Of a DNA stretch of 64,000 nucleotides, positions 12,448-39,587 are shown piece by piece (within the stretch, counting starts at the first letter, position 1; each line of letters opens with the position of its first letter). The stretch covers positions 2,978,001 to 3,042,000 of the forward strand of contig CM097885.1 of assembly GCA_044892525.1 (NCBI GenBank), given 5' to 3'. Made by a program: the position numbers and the translations under genes. Source of the stretch: Schmidtea polychroa (lineage: Eukaryota). Under the pieces are notes generated by a model. It was not told the DNA's origin. It saw only the letters and a list, made by a program, of their open reading frames with translations, and searched no databases.

Positions 12448-13624
12448 ATGAGATCTTCTTAACAGCTAATGAAATGATTTAATATTAAATAATGTAACAT
12501 TTCATAAATTTATTCACTTTTTCATTAGCTAAATGTTCAAATATAATATTATTAAATCAAAAATGATTTCATGTAAATTAATATTTAAATTCACAAATTT
12601 GATAAATTTTATGAATGAATTTTACAAAGAAATTTATCTTATAAATTAATAATAATATAATAATAATCATATTGTTACTCTGCATTGCTTCGCCCGCCAT
12701 TTGCATTTGTAATGAGATACTTTATAACAGCTAGCGGCCTGATTTAATATTAAATAATCTAACATTTCATAAATTTATTCACTTTTTCATTCGCTAAATG
12801 TTCAAATATAATATTATTAAAACAAAAAATATTTCATGTAAATTAATAATTAATATTTAATTAATATTTAAATTCACAAATTTGATAAATTTGATAAATG
12901 AATTATACTTACGAAATTTATCTTGAAATACTTAAGACTTAAAAAAATTTAGAAAATAAGACAACCAGCTGGATCATATCTATAAAAGCTATAAAAAAAT
13001 ATTTTGAAACCTAAAATTCGTTCGGTCTGTTGTTTAAATGTCCTAGTGTCGCTGATAGATTTACTTAAAGGCATTCATAAAAAATTTTACTTTTAAACCC
13101 CGCTATGAATCAGCCGAGTAATGAGACGAGTTCAAATATAAGAAATTAATTCATTGGGGGTCATTACTTATAAAAAACTAAAATTTATTAAAAATTAATT
13201 AACTAATGGAGAATCAGAGACACTGGTGTAATAGAATTTTACATTTTTTAAATATAATTTCGAACCAAAACAGAACCTCAATTACGTTTTATTTTTACTT
13301 CTGTTTTGGCGTTCTCCACTTCCTGGAACTAAATATATTAAAAAAACTTTATAGCGATAATTTGCTATAGTAAAAATTGACAAAATAAAAAAATCGATTT
13401 AGAAATTTTGATAACTAAGAAAACAGAAAGTTATATAGAAGATTAATCTTAAGATACTCAAGAATAAAGTTCCGAAAAAGATAAAAAAGAAAATTATAAA
13501 ACCTAAACAATTCGAGATTAAAGTTCTGAAAAATATTAAAAGGACTATTATCAAACATTAACAATTCAAGAATAAAATCCCGAAAAAGATAAAAAAGAAA
13601 ATTATAAAGACTTATCCAATTTCT

Positions 13625-16446
13625 TTGAGCCGATTAATAAACACTTTGATCAGCAAATTCGACGAAATAATTGTAGAAAACAGACAAATAAAAGCCGAAC
13701 TAGCCGAAATAAAAGAGAAATACAACAGGCAAAATTTCAATCCAAACGAAAACAGAGATCTGTTCAACCGAAACAATTTCAACACAGACCAACTATCATA
13801 TAATCACAACAGACAAAACTATGACCGACCACCTAACGGAAACAACAGACAGAACTACAGCCACAGACAATCCCCGAACGGCCACTACAGAAACCGGTCA
13901 AACTCCCCAAACCGATACAACAATTACCGAAACAGCAGCCCAGAAAGGGAGTCAAGAAATGATTTTCTAAACAAAAACCACTGCTACTTTCATAACAAAT
14001 TTGGCGACAAAGCATACAAATGCGTAAAACCCTGCGACTATCATAAAACAGAGCAGGAAAACTAAAAAAGTCACTAATGATAGCATCCACATTAGGTGGC
14101 AAAAACAATACATTTTGGGTGCACACAAATAACACCGATTTTCTAATAGACACCGGTTCGGTGATCTCATTACTGCCACATTACATGTATAAAAATACAA
14201 AAACTACAGATAAACCGTTAACAGTAGCCAACGGAACAAGCATCAAAACATTCGGACAACAAACACTAAATCTGAATATAAACAAACAAAATTACAACTG
14301 GACATTCACAATAGCTGACGTTCAACCAGCAATAATAAGAGCAGATTTCCTAACAAAATACAACCTCCTAGTAGATTGCAAAAACAAACAAATATTAGAA
14401 AATACCGATACAACAACATCACAACACATCATGAGCAACAGAGAGAAACCAAAAATTGACATAGGCGTGGTAACTTTAAACACAAAAAACAAAACTAACC
14501 TAGAAAAGATTACACCAGAAATCAACAAAATCCTAGAACGATACAAAGAATTAATGGAACCAGTCCAATTCGACGACAAATCAGAACAAACCACCGAACA
14601 CGCAATACTGACAAATGGAAATCCAGTACATGCAAAAGTAAGACCACTGGATCCCAAAATAATAGAAATCACAAAAAACATCTTCAACGAACTATTGGAA
14701 AACAACATAGTCAGACATTCAAACTAATGCTAAAACAAAGGGCTAATGGCGATTGGAGAGCCTGTGGTGATTACAGACTACTGAATAAAATAACAGAGTC
14801 AGACAGCTACCTAATACCTATAATAAAAGACATAATAAACCGATTAAACGGCGCTAAATACTTTTCAAAAATTGATCTACAAAAGGCATATCATCAGATC
14901 CCAATCAGAAAAGAAGACGTAAAAAAACAGTAATAACAACACCGATAGGAATGTTCGAGTACAATAGAATGCTTTTCGGTCTACGAAATGCCGCAGCAAC
15001 TTTCCAACGAATCATGGACCAAACAATGAAAAACAACAAAAACACAATTGATTACCTAGACGACATCCTAATTACAAGCCCAGATAAAGCAACTCGTTTA
15101 AAAGACGTCGAAAAAGTATTCGAAACGCTGAAAAAAGCAAAATTGAAAATAAACACACAAAAATGTGAATTTATAAAAACAGAAATAAACTTCCTTGGTC
15201 ACACACTAAACAACAAAGGAACAAAACCAATTGAAAACAAAATAAACAGCATAAAAAATTACAAACCGCCGATAAACACAAGAGAGTTGAGGAGATTTCT
15301 AGGAATGGTAAACTTTTATCATTCTTACATCCAAAACTGCAGTAAATTACTAGCACCACTAAACGATCTTATCAAAACAAAACGGAATGTCATAATAAAC
15401 TGGACACACTGAACAACCGAAACTTTCGAGAAAGCCAAAGAAAGCCTTTCAACGGCAACATTACTCGGTTACCCAGATCCAGAGCTAGATTACCAACTAA
15501 CAAGAGACTGTTCAGGTTTTGCAATGGGCGCAACAATTTTCCAGGAAAAAAAATACGGCAAAACAAACACTAGGATTCTTCTCTAAAAAACTAAAATCAC
15601 ACCAAACAAGATACTCAACATTCGACAGAGAACTCCTGGCAATACACGAAGCAATTAAACACTTCCAACATTTGCTTGAAGGACGAAACTTCAAAATATT
15701 CACAGATCACAAACCGCTAACTAACGCAATCGAAATGAAGAATCTCTCACCAAGACAGATTAGACAAATCAACTTCATTTCACAATTCAACTGCACAATA
15801 AACTACGTAGCGGGAAAATCAAACATAGCAGCTGATGCTCTATCGAGAATCGAAAGTGACATTAACTCCCTGGAATTCGAAGAGATAATCGAATTGGACC
15901 AAATTAAATCGAAACAAAACGAAACAATTAATAAACTCCCCACTAAACACAGTTTGAAACTACAAGAACTCAACGGAGTATGGCACGACGTCTCCAACGA
16001 AAGCAACAAACGAATATTACTCCCGGAGGAATTCCGCCAAAACTGTATCGAAAAGATACACATGATTAATCACCCGGGAAACAAAGTAACATTCGAGCTA
16101 ATACATAACTATATATGGCTAACACGCGGAAAGATATCAAAAACTACGTCAAGAGTTGTCACAGCTGTCAACTAAACAAAAAACAACAAAAAAACTCAAA
16201 ACACAAAACGTAAACTTCCAAGGCAGCGAAATATTTGAAACAATACACACAGATGTGGTAGGACCATTACCACCAAACGACAACTACAAATACCTCCTAA
16301 CAATTATAAACAGGAAATCCAACTGGTTCGAAGTAATCTCAATAAAAGAAATCAGCGCGAAAAATATCTGTGAAATGATCGAATTAAATTGGATAGCTCG
16401 TTATGGCCAACCAAAAGCTTTGCATATCACTTATTCCGTAGGCTAG
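13625..16446 (+). mobile_element. Ty3/Gypsy retrotransposon gag-pol, frameshifted and truncated
   Basis: Gag knuckle CYFHNKFGDKAYKCVKPC, protease LIDTGS, RT GDYRLLN/IDLQKAYHQI/YLDD, RNase H YSTFDRELLA/TDHKPL/ADALSR, integrase IHTDVVGPLP. No LTRs identified. Confidence 0.92.
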
Positions 16447-16449
16447 AAA

Positions 16450-16780
16450 CGTTAACCTTGCACAAAAGTAAATTTTAATTTTAAACCATCAAAATCAGGA
16501 TATTTCTCACTCAATAAAAACGAATGCCCTACGGAACTATACAATGAAAAACTACCGATTATAAACGGCTCGAATATTTATATATATTTAGGAGTCGATT
16601 TATCTTATAAACATAGACATAATATAGACGGAAGCCTAGAACAAGCACTCATAGACACTATAAAGGTCTTCTAATCACACCTACACCCAGCACAGGAAAT
16701 CTCAGCCTATAAAATCTTTATACACTCACATCTAATGTTCACCTTGCGCAATTGTGAAATAAATCACATGATACTCGATT
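16450..16780 (+). mobile_element. Non-LTR (R2-like) RT thumb fragment fused to the truncated Gypsy
   Basis: NFKPSKSG...LPIINGSNIYIYLGVD and LHPAQEISAYKIFIHSHLMFTLR resemble the post-RT region of restriction-endonuclease LINEs. Confidence 0.5.
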
Positions 16781-16904
16781 CAAAGAGAAAGGAAGGAGTA
16801 ATGGGTAATAATATTATTAGTAAATCGGACACGAGACCTTTAAGAGATCCAAATTTCATGAAAGATTCAAAGCAAAAATTAATTAAAGTGATTTATTTAA
16901 TGAA

Positions 16905-17183
16905 TAAAAGAATTCGTAACAGAATTTGATAGAGCTTAGAAAGCACTGATTGCCCTCATCGCATCGACAGCTCACATTTTGGTAAACTTACCCAAACTGA
17001 TGTGAAAGCAATTTTTAAAACATTTTATCAGTATTGTTGTTGAGGATTTGCGCTGAAATGCCTCACAAATAGCTGGCGGAGGTGAAATGTTAAGGCATTA
17101 ATCAATTTGATATAAGGCAATTTTAGTATTGCATTTAGGTGCATTTTACTGCCATTCAATACATCAATAATTTCTCCACAACT
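16905..17183. repeat. Inverted duplication, copy 2 (pairs with 12172-12447)
   Basis: Reverse complement of 12172-12447. Confidence 0.85.
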
Positions 17184-17229
17184 AAGGATTGGAAAAAAAA
17201 CATAAAAAACAATAATTCTCAACATAAAA

Positions 17230-17720
17230 TTATAAAGTACTTTGATGACGGCTAATTGTATGCCATGTGCGAAACAAAGAAGCTGTTTTGTATTTATTAA
17301 TCTTCCTACTTTAGTCATAACTGACGCTCCATCTGTCGTTATACAAACAATGTTTTTATTTAAAGAAAGGCCATTATCTTTTCGCTTTTCATCTACAAGT
17401 TCAACGCACTTTTCAGCTGGTAGTAAGCCATGTATAGGAGTCAGTCCGAGGTTCCAAAATTTTTTGCATGCAGAATGAACATTTATATTTATATATCTTC
17501 TGTTTTTTATGGACTCATTAAATGTTAAGCTGAAGCTGTCACCACGAAATATTCTACAGGAAAATTCCTTTATCATCTGGCTGCGGATCTCCTTGCTGTA
17601 CTCCACAACAATTTTTTTTATAGATTTACTTGATTGTGGTATATTTGTGTAAAAGTATTTTTATAAGCTTTTATGATTGTATTATGGGATTAATTTGATA
17701 TACCGATACCGGAATATTTT
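17230..17720 (-). mobile_element. hAT transposase fragment
   Basis: SLTFNES..RRYININVH, TTDGASVM and CFAHGIQLAV (CxxH) motifs. Confidence 0.8.
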
Positions 17721-17859
17721 TTTTCTCGCTATTTTACTGTTCCAACCTTATTTTTATTTATTTATCCGACTCTTACACTGCATTTTCATACATCCTTACA
17801 AAAGGAAAATATTAGTTAAGAAAATGGTAATATTTCTTAATTCGAATCGGCATGATAAT

Positions 17860-18334
<475 letters not shown>

Positions 18335-18463
18335 AAAAGACAAGACAGCATTAATAAAGTATAATTAATAATAAACAATGCAGTAGCCCGCCGAGAGTGC
18401 TATTAACAACATTGAATGAAGGTCATAATAATGACTAATAACGACTGATCAGCTATTCAGCTA

Positions 18464-32033
<13,570 letters not shown>

Positions 32034-32939
32034 CTAAATAAAAAGTACATGTAAAAGGAAATAGTAATTGCAATCTTTATAAAAATAAAACAGCCTTCAC
32101 CAACTATTTTATATATATAAAAATGTGCTTACAAAAATCAAGTAAGTAAAAATTATTTTTATTATTAAGTGATTTAAATATTAGTCATTCCGGCATACAA
32201 ATAAACAAACTTACCGCTTAAAATAATTACAATAGTATAAATATAAACAAACGACTTAACTAAATATATGAATTAAATTTCAGGATTTTATTAGATTTTG
32301 AAAAATAATTTAAATACTTAATTTTTAACTTGTTTTTAAAGAATTTCTTTTTCTTTTATTCTTTTAATAGATAATTGTCAATTCGAAGTCATTCATTCGA
32401 ATTCAAGTAGAGCCAAAAATTTGCTATATAGGTTTCTAATGGAAACACATTTTTGTTGGATTTAGTTTTATCAAATAGTTACTATGACTCTAAAAGGATT
32501 AAGTGGTCATTGTGGTCTTATTTTCCCTGGTAACAAATACGTACGATTTTGAACATCATACAAACGAGATCTCAAATAAAGATAAACAATCATTGGAACC
32601 TATTAAATTCTTGTATTTGCCAGTTCACGGATGTTGTTGGACGTCCATTTATTAGTTAATGAAATTGATAAGAATTATTTTTATAGTCGAAAATTATTTC
32701 ATTTTTGGGTTTAAGACTGCCGATAGAAAGTCCTACGTCGCTTTTCATTTACGGTCCTTTTCTTATATTATTCCTTCTCCTTGTTCACTTAATTATGGTT
32801 CTCATTACTTGATGCAATTCAGTGTTTCCTTCAAAATTTTAAGTAGGTCTCCATCCTTTTTCTATTTCATAAATATTATTCTAAATTTTCTTCAAAAATT
32901 GAAGTTATTCAGTGTTTTCTTCAAAAAACTGGAACAGAG

Positions 32940-33200
32940 AACTGTTCTTATTTCTAATTTGAATCTATAGGGAATCAAAATGCCAACTCCCCGAGACAGC
33001 CTGTTACCCAATTTATCTTATGTATGATGTACGCCACTTTGGTTTGATTTTGGTTTTTCCTAACCCACACCTCAGAATACCTGACACTTTGTGACACGTT
33101 TATTCATCCGTTTGGTTCACCTATTGAGCCAACATCGATCCTTGGTATGTAAATAGGAGCCCTATCATTCCTAATTAATTTGATCATAGTCCTTCATATG
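32940..33200 (-). mobile_element. CR1/L2-like LINE RT C-terminal remnant
   Basis: Minus strand gives GNRLSRGVGIL, resembling the KLSRxxGIL post-RT motif; heavily decayed. Confidence 0.35.
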
Positions 33201-33401
33201 TAAAAACAACCAATAATGATTCTTAATTTTATATCATTAATGATTTATATTATTTATTATTCATTTGTTTTGAAGTGGGCAGATTTTTCAAATGCGTTGC
33301 TTCTCTCTTAACTATGTTGGTAATTGCAACTTCTTGTATTTATCAATTTTATAATACGTGTTTTATTTATCCTCAATGTGTTGAGTATCATTTAGTGTAT
33401 A

Positions 33402-33615
33402 CCGTATATACTTGCGTATAAGTAGAGTAAATTTTAAGTGGTTTTAAGTCCTAAATTGGAAACCCGCGTATAAGTCGAGATAACAAAAATAAAAAAAGGT
33501 TTAATGATTTCATTAAAAATTAATTTGTACGTTTTTTGACCCGCATATAAGTCGAAGTGGCTATTTTGACTTGAAAATTTGATGTAAATTTCTCGACCTA
33601 TACGCGAGCATATAT
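33402..33615. mobile_element. Tc1/mariner-superfamily MITE
   Basis: TA-CCGTATATACTTGCGTATAAG at the left end, CTCGACCTATACGCGAGCATATA at the right end, and internal CGCGTATAAGTCGA repeats. Confidence 0.6.
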
Positions 33616-35555
33616 ATATATATATATATATATATAGATTTTAATTCAACTTACTTTGGTTTTCTTGCTACAGATTTGCGACTCTTTTAAACAAGCTCTC
33701 AATTTTCAAACTCTAGTCCAACAATAATAATGGCCCACCATAGTCTTTGATCTTTTTACCAGCCGGATACCTATTCTTGCATCGGATACTTTTTTCGGTC
33801 ATGCATTATTTAAATTCTCAATACAGGAATCTTTTTATGTTTATTCTTCATAGTGTTGAGTTCCCAGTATTTCAGATGCTCAACTTTACTGGTTCTTATA
33901 TAAATAAATGAAAAGAAGTTGTAATATAAATATTTATTAACAATAAAATTTACCGAAATAAAAAATTCCAATTTATGATTGATTAAGGTGCATAATTGAT
34001 TCAAACTACGATTAATTCAAACTGCTTGTGAGAAATATGTTATTATTTGTATGTTATATAGTGCTTGCGCATGCAATACTTTAAAAAGATTTGTGAAACG
34101 ATTCTGTACTGCTTCGGGTTTTAACTATTTCTAAGGATTTACCTTTGAAAATACTTTGTCACTAATTTTTGGGCGATTGTACTGATTTTTATTCTAGGCC
34201 ATTAAATATTATAATATCAATATTACTTTTAATTAATATAATAATTAACATAATTCAATTTTTAATAAGTTTCATAATAATTTTACTTAGTGTTAAATTT
34301 TATTGTTATCCGAATAAAAATAAGACATTTAAATAAAATAAATTAAGTATATACACATGAACCTGGTAAAGAATAAAAATTAATCAATAAATAAACAATT
34401 AAAGAATAAAAATATACACGTAAATGATATTCAATTGTCATAAAGGATAATCAATTGTCATGTTCTTAGATTGCGTTTGGATTGAATTAGATTGATTGAA
34501 TTTACCTCGGCTCGAATCTATCACCTTTCCTTGGGACATACGTTAACCTTCTATTTTCTGGGCCCAGTCCTGTAGTATTTATTGACAGTGAATGACTTGA
34601 TGGGCCTACCCTCATCAACCAACAATAGTGAAATAGTCAATTAATGATTTTCGAATTCTGCGACTAACAGCGTTACGCAAATAAATGGTTTATTGTATGA
34701 GTTGTATTTCATTATGTGAATGTCTTTTTATAAAATTTGATCGTGAATTATTTACTATCGCCAGAATCTTTCATTACTTGTATAATTTTTTACAATTACT
34801 TTTTCGTATTTTTCTGTTCATTTTTTAAATGTTAATCGTTCTTCCATATTTACTTCTTAATTTTGTAATATTTAGCTATTTCCCATTGTCAGCCGCACTA
34901 TGAGATTGGTTTGATTGAGGTGGACTGAAGGAATACACTGGTTGGGTTTGCCTATCGATCGACCCATCTTCTACACATCCTAGTAGCTAGAATCGAATCT
35001 AACCAACGTTGATAGGTCAAAAATTTAATTTATAAATGTAACTAAACTTTGGGTGATTGGTGGTCAACCGGGATTATTCTATTTTGTAGAGGAAATAATG
35101 AGATTTAGTTACTCCACTCACCCAATAATTGATTAAGAGTTTGAAATATAAAATTTTGTTTTTCCATTATGTTTCAAGTTCTGTTTTTGCTCTAGTTTCA
35201 CGCTTAGGTTATTTTAGACACCCATATTTCTATTTGCGTAAAAACGCCTTTCAATCATTCCGTCCATCCTTTATGTTTTGAACCAAGATTTTACACTAGA
35301 CATACATTTAAATTTTATATTAACAATGGTTTAATAATTATGTTTTCATATTAACTTTTTCAATTAATAAATATAAATACATTTTTAATAGAATCAGCAT
35401 TTTCATAATATTTATTAATTTAAATATGTAAATAAATCTTTGTTTTAATTATGATTTTTTAGTTGAATATTTAAAATTTCAGGAATTTCAAATTTTTTAA
35501 AATTAACTTTTCATTATAAAGATTGGAATTGCTTTTACCAGATCTTTGTCTTATT

Positions 35556-38500
35556 ATGTCTCAACCTAATACTGAAAATTTGGTCCCCATCGCCATTTTA
35601 ATAGATGAATTACGAAATGATGATATTCAAATTAGGATTAACAGTATTAAAAAATTAGCCACCATTGCATTAGTTCTTGGTGCAGAAAGAACTAGATCAG
35701 AATTAATTCCATTTTTGACTGATACAGTTTACGATGAAGATGAAGTCTTATTAGCATTAGCTGAACAGCTGAAAGATTTTACTCCTCTTGTTGGAGGGAA
35801 TGAATATGTTTATTGTTTATTACCTCCACTGGAAACATTAGCCACAGTAGAAGAAACTATTGTTCGCGATAAAGCAGTGGAAACATTACAACATTTGGAG
35901 AAATTTCATTCAACTCAGGATTTAGAAAAGTATTATGTTCCTATGGTTAAAAGATTATCATCTGGAGAATGGTTTACAAGTCGTACAAGTGCTTCTGGTC
36001 TTTATAGTGTTGTTTACCCACGTGTTTCCGTTGAAATTAAAACGGAATTGTCTCAAATATATCGACAATTATGTATTGATGACACACCGATGGTTCGACG
36101 TGCCGCAGCACAGCGATTAGGTGATCTTGTATCGGTAATGAATGTGGAAAATGTCAGGAATGAAATGTTACCAATTCTAAATATTGTTTCCCAAGATGAA
36201 CAAGATTCCGTTAGATTGTTGTCTATGGGTTGTGGTGTTAGTTTCAGTTCTGTTTTGCCAACTGAGGATATTTTTTCCCACATCATTCCTACTGTAAAAG
36301 CAGCCTCAGAAGATAAAAGCTGGCGAGTTCGTTGCATGTTGGCAGAAAATATAGTGAAACTACAACAGAATGTTGGAGCGAAGATGACAATGGAACATTT
36401 AGTAAATGTTTATGAAGTAAGTATTTATTATTTCCAGCTTTATTTTAATTAAAGATTTTTTTGTTTTTTATTAAAATTAATGAAATAAAAGTCGATATTT
36501 TCATTTATATATTTGATGAGTGAATTATATGGGAATTTTATTGGTCTATCCGTTTGTCCCGTTATTAATGCACGGCTCATTACTATGGTTATCTATGTGA
36601 AATATGAGCATATTATAACGCCCCTGTTGAATTCCATGCTGGGTTTCCAATCAATATATGATTACATAACTGAATGGAATAATTTATGGCTTGGACGCAG
36701 GTAGGACCAGCAAATACCTAGTTCTGCTCGCATTACTCAACTGAATGAATTAGTACATTTTTTATCGATTATCACTTATATATGTGTTAAATATGGATTG
36801 ATGCTATCTATGTTGTTACTCACTTAATCAATATTAATTAATGCTCTTGACTTTGATTGGTTTTCTCATAGCAACAGTTATAAACGGCACCGCCAGTATT
36901 CACGATGGCTACGGTTATAATAGGCACTGTAATGGGCCCTGACCATCAATATGCACCATGGCAACGGTTATATTGGGCCCTGACCCTCAATATGCACCAT
37001 GACAACGGTTATAAAGGGGCCTGATCATCAATATGCACCATGGCTACGGTTATAATAAGCCCTGTAATGGGGCCTGACTCTCAGTATGCATCATGACAAC
37101 GGTTATAATGGGCCCTGTAATGGGGCCTGACCCTCAGTATGCATCATGACAACGGTTATAATGGGCCCTGTAATGGGGCCTGACCCTCAGTATGCATCAT
37201 GACAACGGTTATAATGGGCCCTGTAATGGGGCCTGACCCTCAGTATGCATCATGACAACGGTTATAATGGGCCCTGTAATGGGGCCTGACCCTCAGTATG
37301 CATCATGACAACGGTTATAATGGGCCCTGTAATGGGGCCTGACTCTCAGTATGCATCATGACAACGGTTATAATGGGGCCTGACCCTCAGTATGCATCAT
37401 GACAACGGTTATAATGGGCCCTGATCATCATGATTCACCATGACAACAGTGTTAAATAGGCACTGTAATGGGCACTGGGCCTTAATATCCACCACGACAG
37501 TGGTTATCATAGATACCATCACAGCACCTGGCCATCAATATTCACCATGACAACGGTTATAAAGACCCTGACCATCATCATTCACCATGACAACTGTTGT
37601 GATAGGACTGAAATTCACAATTAATGACCAATGAAATTGTATTCCGTTGCAGAAACTGCTCAACGATTCCGAGGCCGAAGTCAAATCGAACGCTGTTGGC
37701 AAAATGAAAGAGTTCTGCACAGCGCTGCCAGTGGATAAGCGAGAATCGGTGATAATGAACCAAATTTTCCCAGCAGTGAAGGCACTGGTACAGGAGGCCA
37801 ATATGCATGTCAAGACCACCCTGGCTGGCCAGGTGATGGGATTGGCCCCGTTACTAGGCAAGCAGAATGTGATTGACCACCTGATCCCAATATTCCTGAT
37901 CCAGCTGCGGGATGAGAACCCGGACGTGCGGTTGAATGTAATCTGTAATCTGGAATGCGTCAACAATGCCATTGGAGTGCAGCAATTATCGGAGAACTTG
38001 TTACCAGCGATTGTGGAGCTATCGGAAGACAAGAAATGGCGGGTCAGACTGGCAATCATTGAATACGTGCCTCTATTGGCTGGTCAGCTGGGATTGCCGA
38101 TGTTCAATGATGACGAGATCACTAGCCTGTGTATGAACCGGTTGCTAGACAACGTGTACACAGTGCGCGAGGCCGCTGTCAACAGCATCAAGGCACTCGT
38201 TGCTAAGTTTGGCATCGATTGGGCCAAGAAAAATGTTTTGCCAAAGGTTACAATTGCTTGGACGGGCGGAATTTGTGATTGATTGACATTCAGATGATTG
38301 AGTTGTCCACTGATTCCAATTACCTCCACCGGATGATCTGCCTGTTGTCGATCTTGCGCATTGGTGAGGTCTGTGATGCTGAGGTGATCCGATCCCATCT
38401 GCTAAGCATTCTAGTCCAGATGTCGGCCGACAAAGTACCCAATGTCCGATTCAAGGTATTGATTGATTTATTGAATTAATTATTATCGATTGATTTATTG

Positions 38501-39587
38501 AATTAATTATTATCGTTTGATTTATTGAATTAATTATTATCGGTTGATTTATTGAATTATATTATTATCGATTGATTTATTGAATTATTTATTTATTGAA
38601 TTAATTGTTATCGATTGATTTATTGAATTAATTATTATCGATTGATTTATTGAATTAATTATTATCGATTGATTTATTAAATTAATTATTATCGATTGAT
38701 TTATTGAATTAATTATTATCGTTTGATTTATTGAATTAATTATTATCGGTTGATTTATTGAATTATATTATTATCGATTGATTTATTGAATTAATTATTA
38801 TCGATTGATTTATTGAATTAATTATTATCGATTGATTTATTGAATTAATTATTATCGATTGATTTATTGAATTAATTATTATCGATTGATTTATTGAATT
38901 AATTATTATCGATTGATTTATTGAATTAATTATTATCGTTTGATTTATTGAATTAATTATTATCGGTTGATTTATTGAATTATATTATTATCGATTGATT
39001 TATTGAATTATTTATTTATTGAATTAATTGTTATCGATTGATTTATTGAATTAATTATTATCGATTGATTTATTGAATTAATTATTATCGATTGATTTAT
39101 TAAATTAATTATTATCGATTGATTTATTGAATTAATTATTATCGTTTGATTTATTGAATTAATTATTATCGGTTGATTTATTGAATTATATTATTATCGA
39201 TTGATTTATTGAATTATTTATTTATTGAATTAATTGTTATCGATTGATTTATTGAATTAATTATTATCGATTGATTTATTGAATTAATTATTATCGATTG
39301 ATTTATTGAATTATTTATTTATTGAATTAATTGTTATCGATTGATTTATTGAATTAATTATTATCGATTGATTTATTGAATTAATTATTATCGATTGATT
39401 TATTGGAATCAATATTGATTATCATATATTCCAGACAGCACAAATCCTTGCCAAGCTCGGATCCAAGATGGACAATGATACGATCCAATCGATTATCAAC
39501 AACACTCTCAATCGATTGAAGGATGATCTGGATGTTGACGTGGCTCACTTTGCCCTGCAGGCGATGCGGGAGCTGAAACTGTGCTGA
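35556..39587 (+). CDS. PPP2R1A: PP2A scaffold subunit A (HEAT repeats), 589 aa; exons 35556-36416, 37653-38246, 38294-38455, 39435-39587
   Basis: [80 protein letters not shown]. The exons sum to 1770 nt with GT-AG junctions. Confidence 0.96.
36875..37600. repeat. 53-bp GC-rich minisatellite in PP2A-A intron 1
   Basis: Unit ATGCATCATGACAACGGTTATAATGGGCCCTGTAATGGGGCCTGACCCTCAGT; near-perfect core at 37081-37420 with degenerate edges. Confidence 0.9.
38462..39406. repeat. 27-bp minisatellite filling PP2A-A intron 3
   Basis: Unit ATTGATTTATTGAATTAATTATTATCG, about 35 copies, with variant blocks that recur in order. Confidence 0.95.

Noticed and set aside
37535..38398. Long minus-strand ORFs (also 13833, 14322, 15803, 36053)
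   Set aside because: Antisense shadows of PP2A-A and Gypsy coding sequence.
36875..39406. CRISPR-like regular repeats
   Set aside because: Head-to-tail units with no unique spacers, inside eukaryotic introns, with no cas genes.
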